Source: Babesia bigemina (lineage: Eukaryota). Taken from it: DNA of 64,000 bases. The stretch covers positions 868,001-932,000 of the forward strand of contig NC_027216.1 of the NCBI RefSeq assembly GCF_000981445.1. The letters are read 5' to 3'. The notes under the pieces were generated by a model. The model was not told the DNA's origin. It made no database searches and was given only the letters and a program-made list of their open reading frames with translations. The position numbers and the translations under genes were made by a program. Shown one piece after another: positions 44,033-53,354 of this stretch. Within the stretch, counting starts at the first letter, position 1. Each line of letters starts with the position of its first letter.

Positions 44033-44884
44033 TTAGTAGTTGACACCCGGGTCTTCGCCACTGCATGCAGCGCGAAATGCCCTGGGCTGCGCAGCTCGCG
44101 GCTTCGCACTGTATGATATTGGCGTTTGTTCCCGAGAGGACGGCGACAGCTCGGGGGTGGTGGTGGGCGTGGCCATGATCTTGTCCAGGAGAGAGCGGCG
44201 CACGGAGTCCGCGGTGCCCTCGCCCTGCTCGTCCTCGTCGAGCCAACGAACGAGCTGGCCGGTCTCCCAGATGCCGTGACGGCTGACGCGGCAGCCCTCT
44301 CTGTCCGTCACATAGCACCCAGTACCATGCTGCAAGCCTAGATGCCAATTGCCCTTGTACTCTTTCCCGGTAGAGGTGCGGTACGTGCCGAAACCGTGAG
44401 GCACCGAGCCCTTCAGCGCTCCCTCGTACTCACGGCCGTCAGGCCACACAATGCGGCCGTCTACGAACTCTTCGCCGTTGTAGCGACCGGATATGCGGCG
44501 CCCGGAGGGACTTCTGTACTCCCTCAAAGTGCAATCAAACTCGCCCTGGCAGTCGTCCACAGACCAGCCGAGGTTTGCTGAACCGTCCATGTCTTCGTCC
44601 AGACTTGCAGTGTTGCCGATGCTATAGAGGTCGCCACAATGGACCACTCCACTGTTGGTCGACACGTTGAACACATCGCCGCCATGGCCGCGGCGCACCA
44701 GACGAGGATCGGAACCGACCTCAGAGACACCAGAGGCACTGACGGTTTTTGGCAGCGATTTACCGTAAAAATGCTCGCATCGCTTAGCAGCGCTGCTGGG
44801 CTCCTCTTCGCGCTGTTTCTCGTCGAAAAACAGGTAGTACTCCTCCTGGAAACTACTCGAACTTACGCTCTGAACTTGTCCCAT
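44033..44884 (-). CDS. MORN-repeat protein with a possible N-myristoylation site
   Basis: MORN repeats YEGALKGSVPHGFGTY and YKGNWHLGLQHGTGCY. The N-terminus MGQVQS fits MGxxxS. Confidence 0.85.
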   Translation of the reverse strand: MGQVQSVSSSSFQEEYYLFFDEKQREEEPSSAAKRCEHFYGKSLPKTVSASGVSEVGSDPRLVRRGHGGDVFNVSTNSGVVHCGDLYSIGNTASLDEDMDGSANLGWSVDDCQGEFDCTLREYRSPSGRRISGRYNGEEFVDGRIVWPDGREYEGALKGSVPHGFGTYRTSTGKEYKGNWHLGLQHGTGCYVTDREGCRVSRHGIWETGQLVRWLDEDEQGEGTADSVRRSLLDKIMATPTTTPELSPSSREQTPISYSAKPRAAQPRAFRAACSGEDPGVNY

Positions 44885-45467
44885 TTATACGTACAACTAC
44901 TCACACCTGTAAAAGGTGTATACAAACACACAGGGATCAGGTGCGTACGTGCCGGTTTCCGGCCGTAGTGAATGCAAACTCTGAGAGACGCACTCACCGT
45001 CCAGAGTGCGGCGCTCCTAACACACACAACACATCCAACGTCCGTATGCCGTTGGTAAGAGGTAATAATCAATGAATCTGCGCCTATGGGAGCCGACGGC
45101 GCGACCACAGGTGGCACCGAGGGGGGTCCGTCTTACGCGCGTTGGAGCCCGGGTCGTGATGGGGCGGCTGGAGGGAGAGGAGGGAAATGCCTCAGAAGCA
45201 CATCATTCTACGGGGCCATCGTCGTGCCATTGTATTTTGTATCACAGTACTTCGTTGCCACGCGTCTGGACCCACCGTTAGCGAAGGTAGGTTTGCGGTC
45301 ACAAGGCTGGGATTCTTGGGCGTGACTTACAGCACGGACGATTAGCAACGTCGACGACCGCCGCGCTGCCCACACTTCCCTGTTAGAATTCTGGTAAATT
45401 TTGGCGCCGGAATCTGACGTTTTTGCATAAACTAATCCATTGTAACCCCACCTCATCACGCACGCAG

Positions 45468-46568
45468 ATGACGCTGCGCCCGGAAGTATCGGTTTACAAC
45501 GTCTCTGACGGACGCCGCTCCGCGGCCACCGTCATGCCCAAGGTTTTCTCCGCGCCGCTCAGGCTCGACCTCGTGAGATCGGTACATACGAACATGTCCA
45601 AGAACAAGAGGCAGGCCTACGCCGTTAGCAAAATGTCTGGATACCAGACGTCTGCCAGGAGTTGGGGAACGGGTCGTGCCATGGCCCGTGTGCCCCGCGT
45701 CAAGGGTGGTGGTACGCACCGCGCTGGACAAGCCGCATACGCCAACTTCTGTAAGGCCGGTGGCATGTACGCCCCCACCCGCGTCTGGAGGAGGTGGCAC
45801 CGCAAGGTCAACCTCAAGGAAAAGAGGCAGGCAATTGCCGCCGCCATTGCTGCTACTGCCGTCGCACCTATCGTCATGTCCAGGGGACACCGCATCGAAG
45901 CGCTACGCGAGGTGCCGATGGTGGTGGACGACTCCATCGAGCAGCTGAACAAGACCAAGGACGCCATCAAGTTCCTAGAGACCGTCGGCCTTGCTGCTGA
46001 GTTGGAGAGAGTTAGCAAGATCAAGGGACACGCCAGGGACGGCCGCAAGAAGAGGCCCGTGGGACCTCTCATTATTCTCAGGGCCTCTGCCGTGGAAGGC
46101 AGGAGGGCATTCAGGAACATTCCTGGCGTGGAGGTAGCATCCGTCGAGAGGCTCAACCTCCTCAAGCTTGCTCCCGCCGGAACTCTCGGCAGACTTTGCA
46201 TCTGGAGCAAGTCCGCCTTCGAGGCCGTCGACGAGTACGTCAAGCTGATGCCGACCAGGCTCCTCAAAAACGCCGACATGTGCGCACTTGTCAACTCGAC
46301 ACCTGTGCAGCGCGTATTCAGGGCGCCCAGGAAGAGCATGAGGAGAGTCCTGATCAAGCGCGGATGCTCCACCAAGGTCATCAAGTTTGTGCGTGAATCG
46401 CTGCGCGCAAGCGGACTTGCCGACGTCAAGACCAAGGCTGCTAAGACCAAGGAAGAAATCAAACGCTGCAAGGCGAACTCCAAGGCTTTCATTAACGCCA
46501 TCAGGGAGGCAATCTCGACCAAATCCCTCAGCGTTAGTGAGGAAGTTCAGGCGCTCCAGCAGCAGTAA
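45468..46568 (+). CDS. RPL4: 60S ribosomal protein L4 (uL4)
   Basis: GYQTSARSWGTGRAMARVPRVKGGGTHRAGQ, WRRWHRKVN, LNLLKLAPAGTLGRLCIWS. Confidence 0.98.
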   Translation: MTLRPEVSVYNVSDGRRSAATVMPKVFSAPLRLDLVRSVHTNMSKNKRQAYAVSKMSGYQTSARSWGTGRAMARVPRVKGGGTHRAGQAAYANFCKAGGMYAPTRVWRRWHRKVNLKEKRQAIAAAIAATAVAPIVMSRGHRIEALREVPMVVDDSIEQLNKTKDAIKFLETVGLAAELERVSKIKGHARDGRKKRPVGPLIILRASAVEGRRAFRNIPGVEVASVERLNLLKLAPAGTLGRLCIWSKSAFEAVDEYVKLMPTRLLKNADMCALVNSTPVQRVFRAPRKSMRRVLIKRGCSTKVIKFVRESLRASGLADVKTKAAKTKEEIKRCKANSKAFINAIREAISTKSLSVSEEVQALQQQ

Positions 46569-46812
46569 ATTCCACCAATAATGTTGAATAGTGGTACCTA
46601 CATGGCGTGAGTATATGTGATGGTGTTTGGACTGGTATAGCGGCGCCTGGAGTTTGGTATTCCCCCTCCATTTTCTAGGACCTGGCTTGCGCGTACCAGG
46701 CGGGACCCTCGCCCGCTGCTATGGGCGAAGACAGCCGTGATTCTATACACAAACTTTAATAATATGAGTGATTAAGGGTGTATCGGTTTCACAGTCGAGT
46801 CGGGACGCTGAA

Positions 46813-47212
46813 ATGAGGTCAATCGCAGCGCGGAGGATCGATCGTATGCTATCCGCCCAGCCCCTGCCACTCACGGCGGTGAATAAAATCTCACTCAAAT
46901 ACGCCACCGACAACGAATGTGCAACGTAAGATCGACTAAGAAACCTAGACAGTGTTGCAGATACTTCGCCAAGGAATTGCTGCCTCTCATGGCATATGGA
47001 AACAAGCATATCGAGTTTAACGCAGCAGCCGCTGAGTCCGGGGAGAAACAGTACTGCAGCGTTCTACTCAGTAAGTCCGTAGAATCGTTGTCGAATTGGC
47101 CGCAGGCTCAGGAAGCAACGTGACGCTGAACCTCAAGCTATACCGCTACCCCCTGCAGATCATGCAGCGAATTGTGGATGTAGCGGCGACACAGGAAGAA
47201 TCTAGCAATTAA
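46813..47212 (+). CDS. Mitochondrial ribosomal L51/S25/CI-B8-domain protein, 3 exons
   Basis: Two 35-nt introns (46926-46960, 47071-47105) give MRSIAARRIDRMLSAQPLPLTAVNKISLKY...YFAKELLPLMAYGNKHIEF...YPLQIMQRI. F..E.LP.L.Y.N..I.F is the family hallmark. Confidence 0.65.
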
Positions 47213-47370
47213 CAGAACAGTAATGATTAGTCTGTATAATATCATGCAAGCTGCCACTTGAAGGTGTCCCATTTGGCTCAAAGCGCACTAAAGCACTCAG
47301 ATGAGGCGACGTCCAATCATGTGCATGAATTCAGCGGTTCTCTCACTTTATATATCGAAGGTCTCCCAAA

Positions 47371-49348
47371 ATGGACCAGGAATCTGAAAATGAGTCTGCT
47401 GTCCCCTCTGGGGACCACTTCGTCAGAGTTGCCCCTACGGCCCCTCCGAATACAATGCCGAAGGAGATGAGGGGTAAAAAAAAAATACGAAACCCGAATT
47501 GTTGTGTAGAAAAAAGGGCGAAGACTGTAATAGACAGACGTGCGCCCATCAACCCGCTAGAAAAGCTGGGTTTGATGTCCATGAAAACGAGTAACGTCCA
47601 GCGAGAAATAATAAAAGGAAGTGATCCCATGCTTGAGCGAAACCCGTTGGTTGGAAGGTTGCCGTTCATGCTCATCATAAATGCGACGCTCGTGCTGGTT
47701 TTCATATCGGAGTGAGTTATCAGCACGTACATGAGCACTTCGTTCAGGCTTGTGTTCAACAAACTCTCGTTCAATGGCAGGTGTATATCGAAGGTGCTTT
47801 ACCCAACGGCGGAGGCGGGGAAAGATCCGATAATGCCGTACGCGGTAGAGCTTGGTTACGGGGCCTGTGAATACAACCTCAACACTAGTGCCGCAAACAG
47901 GTTCTTCTTCGGAAACGACGCAGCCGACAGTGGGTGGCCTGCGGAACGCGTAAACCCGGAATTGCTCCTGAAGGGTGATGCGGCTATCGACGCGCCAAAC
48001 GAGCGAGTGTTCCAAATACTGGGAGGTTCAGACGCCAACATGGCGCGCAACTACAACGAATACTTCAGACTAATATGGAGCATGTTCATGCACAGCAGCT
48101 GGAAGCACCTGCTGTTCAACGTGTTCTGCCAAGTTCAGGCACTCTGGATTATAGAGCCGGTTTGTGCAACGCACTATGAAGACAATCCATGCAGGATTGG
48201 GGTTTTCTCAGAACCTTGACACTATTCATCGTTAGCGGGGTTGGAGGCAACCTGATGGCTGCGGTGCTGGACCCGTGTGGCACCACTGTCGGGTCCTCAG
48301 GAGCCATGTACGGACTATACGGAGCAATGATACCCTATTGCATAGGTAAGTGGTTGAGCCTGCTCGTGAGCAAAACGCAGAGTACTGGAACACCATACCT
48401 AGGCCCGTCTTCCTCATGTTCTACAACTTGGTCACGCTGGTTAGACGCTCAAAATGACGAATAACAGTTGCAGATCGTTGGATTTGTCATCGGGTTGTCG
48501 TCAAACGTTGACAACTACTGCCACATGGTAGCACAAAAAAAAGGACACTATATTAGGCGCAGGGTGGATGTCTATTCGGCATGTTGTGGGGATTCACGAC
48601 AATCAAAAGCGTCTCCAGTTGCGATAAATGTACCCTGATTGAGCGATCACTGCTCTCACCGCTTATATCTTGGGCGTTGCCCAGGTCATGGAAAGCCAAA
48701 CTCCGACTAACGATAGTCTTCAAAAGTGGGCACAATTCACGCGGTGGCATATGATATTCAGAGGACCGAGGCGAACGAAGACGAGAGGCTTTCAATGCGC
48801 ACAAGATGGCAGTGGAAAGCGGGGTCAGCATGCATCGGATAGCACAGATCAAGAAGAAATTTGAGAGGAACGGAGCGCCTCCATGCCGTATGAGGCTTAG
48901 AGAGTGGTTCATCAGGCTAACCAGCCTGCTCACAATGGTGGGGAAGCTTCTCCTATATGCAAACCATTAATCTTACGCAGATATCTTTGGTGGTCCTGGC
49001 TTCACTCTTCCTGGTCAACCCTGCACTGTATTCCAAGTACAAGCCGCCGGGACAATATAAGTTCGGCGGCTGGCGTACGTGTGATTGCTGTTACGTCACA
49101 AACATACATCGACTTTTCAAGACGACGGATCATATAACGGAATCATACCGCAACTCAGATTTATTCTGGTGCTTCAACGACGTTGAAAACGCTAAACACT
49201 ACTGCGGAGAAGACTACGGTGAGTTTACCACAGTGCCAGCGAAACATATTCAGCCGACAACGGCCCTTCGCAGAACGTCTTTGAATCCACAGAGGACGCC
49301 GCACTTGGCATATTAAGCACCGTACGCACTGCCATCAATTCCGTGTAA
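47371..49348 (+). CDS. ROM4: Rhomboid protease ROM4-like, about 9 exons
   Basis: [21 protein letters not shown], catalytic VGSSG, DNYCHMGG and the Cys-containing C-terminal extension of ROM4. Eight short GT-AG introns were traced. Confidence 0.9.
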
Positions 49349-49981
49349 TGTGCACTGATAGTTACACAATGGCATACACTCTCCAAACGTCCGAAAAACA
49401 ACTGGAGGGGTGTAAACCCGCACGCAGTACAAAACTGATAGCATATGCAACTTTCATATATAAGCTCGTGGATACTATCAACGGACTGTAAACTGCCATC
49501 TATGGTCGGAGGGTTGAATTAAATGTTCTAAAGGAGTTGGCCGTCAGGTACAATTACTTCTGCAAGCTACAAGCTATGTACCCGACTCATACAATCAATG
49601 GTAATCTCCTTGACTCAGCTTACGCGACAGTGCGCACGCTACGTATCCTGCTGGATACATCGGAGGTTTTCAGTGACCGGTGTTTCAAACTCAACATCCC
49701 TAAGAAGCAATAAGTCAACAATGATGCTATGTTGCGTGCAAACCCGTAGATCCAACAACAAATCAATATCTATGGATGAAGGGTAGTTGTCACCAGTGGC
49801 GTCAGAGAGTTAGATAAAACAGAGATGAGGGTATTCTGCGATGCTTTTATAACAAGTTCCCACTCCGCAACGCGTGGCAAGACACGTACAGTTTGTATGG
49901 CTTCTACGAATATTATTTGCAGTGTGGAGTGTTGTTTGCCGTTGTTATCATCGTACAATGTATTGTTAGTTGCGATTAATG

Positions 49982-51614
49982 TTAGTTCGCCATCAGAAGG
50001 TCAACCATAATAGGGTCAAGCGGAGCTGAGCCCATAACCGCGTCGCAAATGGCGAGAGTAGTATCAATGTCGAGAATCTTGCCCAAATACAGCAGCAGGT
50101 GAAAGTCGCTGAATATTTCCGGATCGGAAGCAGTTAAACCGTTGGCGAATCGGCTAGATAAAAAGCTCTTAACGGCATCTGTAGTCACCGACCGGCCGCC
50201 GCGGTTCTCCCGTGGAAAGTCGGCATACTTGAACATGGAATTGGGTTTTATGGGGGCAGAATCGTTAACACGTATCACAAACCAGCTTGGGTCGAACTTT
50301 GTCACCTCTTTGCCGGACTCGATAATCTGTGGAAGAACCTCATTAGATTGACTAGGCTCACGGATCGTCACAAACATGGGGTCGCTCTGCACACTCCGTA
50401 TGATGCCGTCCCGCAACAACGCCATTGCAGTATCCGAGACCATATAGACATTCAAAGCAGGCTTGCCTTCGGAATCTGGATGGAGCGTACACGTCACATG
50501 CGTAGACACCGGGTACCCAGTGTAATGCGTGGAATGCGCCCGTTCCAGCTGCACCCTTGCGCTGTCAATAACTTCCTGCGGTGATAGGTAGTTATCTCGG
50601 GGTAAATGGGTTATAATGTGCCCTATGCGTTCGAGACCGAACCGCCCAGCAATGGTGTCGACAACAGGAAGGAATTCATCCGGCAGAAATTCCACATCAC
50701 ACAAAGTTGACTTCTGCGGTGGTTCGTAAATGCCTTCGCAAACGGCGCGAATGCCTAGGGGATAGTGAGCATCCTCCACGTAGTATCCGTACAGCCAACC
50801 CGCACGCTGCTCAGCCATTTCAAGGTCGCTCATCCAATAGTTCGCGAAGTTCTGAATATCCTCGGCGTTCATGAGCTCAAGATGGTCCACGTGGCGGTAA
50901 GGCTGATGTTTAACTGTCACGCCGGAGGGCAACTGAAAAGGTTTTAGTGTTTAGAAATTGCTGAACGGGAAAAGCATGAGTGAAGCCGGTCTATATAACG
51001 CGGAGTTCGCACTCCGACCAGTTACACATCTGAACGTGTAACTCACCTTGTTCATTTTCCCGCGCTCTAAGAACACGGGTTTGTACGACTGCTGCAGCGC
51101 CAACTCAGACACTGCGTACCCATTGTCGCGCAAATATGCATCAAAGGACTTGAATGATGGCCCAGATACGCCATCCGGTTTGTCTGTAGTCACTTGATGC
51201 CAAGTGTGTAGGTATGAACTAACCTTCTTTGGTAGAAGTCGGTTCAACATTAATAGGGGCCGAAGGAGTCTGTTCAGAGACGGGCTGGCGCTCAGAAGAT
51301 TGGGATGGTTGTATATAAGATAAATCTTCGCTGCCGGAAGGGTTTGATGAAACCGAAATCAGACGCAGACAAGAACCATGTCCAACGCCAAACTTCGCCA
51401 ACGCCTCGTCGTCACTTCCACTAATCTGATGCAATGTATACACATAAAATTTTAAAAATACCTCCGAATTGGAGTCCGCAATGACAAATTTCAACGTAGT
51501 GCCATCAGGAACCCGTATACGGTTTCGAATCTCGTTTTTGAGATCACCCAAAGTGGCATCAGCCTGTAAGGTGACACGGCTTATGCCAATTCCACTAATA
51601 ACACGAATTATCAT
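49982..51614 (-). CDS. NPL4: Nuclear protein localization 4 (p97/Cdc48 cofactor), 4 exons
   Basis: N-terminal UBL (MIIRVISGIGISRV), QPYRHVDHLE, QRAGWLYG, PLGIRAVCEGIYEPPQ, FPRENR, SDFHLLLYL. Confidence 0.94.
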
Positions 51615-52084
51615 GGTGTTAAATGCTTGATTTTACCAGAGATTTCGGAAAGTGAAATACGGGGTACGCCGCATAAGCATTAGTGTGTACGTCCGTTAGT
51701 AGGTGACACTACATGAAAGGACGAGTACAATGCCACATGTGTTAATTATACCGGTTGGTTACATTATTCAAACGAATTTGGTCGTTTCTACATGGTGATA
51801 AGTAGCGTGGTGGCGCAGCTTGGCCCCTGGTTCTAAGAAGTCTGAGCACAGTGACCGCGACCAAAACATTTAGATAAAACCGAATCAATCTGTCAGCATT
51901 TAGACCGCTTATGCATGCGCTTCTAAAGCACATGTGTATTGTCACTTGGTAGACAAGGAACCAACTGAGTCATGACGATTTTTGGTGCATATCTAATTTT
52001 CACCGGCACTTCAAATCTACCACTAAGATTATCCTCACAAAAAAGAGCTTTCGACAGTCATATGTATAGATATCTTTAACGATA

Positions 52085-52648
52085 GTGTTCTTATCTAATT
52101 ATATAATTGCCTGCGTTGCACTTGCTGCGACTTGTCTTATACCGGCTGCACCGGTAAAACGAAACAGCGTTTTCCCCTCCCTTTTATCAACGAGTTGCAA
52201 GGCCTCAAAGAAAACAAAAATACACAACCAGTATATGCGGCGTTCCATGCATACTTCGCAATCGTACGAAATGCCATGTGGGTCCAAGACCGATACGCTT
52301 CATCACTACGTTTCCGAGTTACATGGTCGTACCGTCTGAGCCGAAATTTCAAACACCATTAGACTTCCACGACATACCGGGTCTAAGTTGATAGCCGTTG
52401 TAACATTGGAGAATCTGAATACGTACATCATCCAGCCGGGTTGGGGAAATACCGACGAAGAGTTAAAAGACCTCTAGCGCTATCTCCACCGAATAGGAGG
52501 TATCGTAGAAGCTGATCAGGTCGCCACGTTTAGTTCACCGCATAACATTATGCCTGTAGTGGTACATGTAACTCACGCGAATGATCAGAATGCAGGTCGT
52601 GCCAACACGGCAGATGGCCCTGCTAATACGGGCCAAACTGCCACTTAA
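52085..52648 (+). pseudogene. Possible decayed gene for a small secreted protein
   Basis: 188-codon frame starting at GTG with signal-like FLSNYIIACVALAATCLIPA, interrupted by in-frame TGA (52337) and TAG (52475). Confidence 0.35.
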
Positions 52649-53354
52649 AATTAAGTTATCTCATCTTATAGTGTGCTTTGTGTCTACGTGCCTTGGGCCG
52701 GTTTTCGTGTTTGCGGGGCTAACGCCTCACGCTGAAACCGGTTGCGGGATCCACGTCGTACTTCTACCGAACGTTACTGGTGTCATCCATCCTAGCACGC
52801 ATCGTTACGTGACGCTATGGTACAGGGGAGTGTCGCAATGATCCCGTCCACCTTGCCCCTTGCAATATAAGGTAGCACACTGATCTTCCTTTTGGAGTGT
52901 CCCATCAAGATCCTTCGCTTGGTCGTCAATTGTTACATCTATTCTTTCCTATCAAAATGTGTTAGTTGTTGGTCCCGGTTTCACAATTGTTTGCGGTATT
53001 TTTGCTGATAAGAGCCTACCATGTCTGGTCCGTTGTGCTCAGAGGTATCCTGATGTCAGATGCCTCAATGTCCATACAGTTGAGATGTAACATGCATTAA
53101 TATTTATATTACAATGAAACGTTAAACATTCTATCTAATATACATACTTCAATTCTTGTTTTTCTCTTCGAAATTTTCGAGGAAAATTCCTATATGTCTT
53201 GGTGTTGACGGCTATGGGGTGTCATATTTCCTTCGTTGCAAAGAAAAGTGTTCATAATTGTGTTCATTTTACTTTCTATATACGTGAGGTTCGTTCTTCG
53301 GAAGCATTTTGCAGTTGGCGCAGTTGAAATCCATGTTATGAGGAATCGAAAAAC

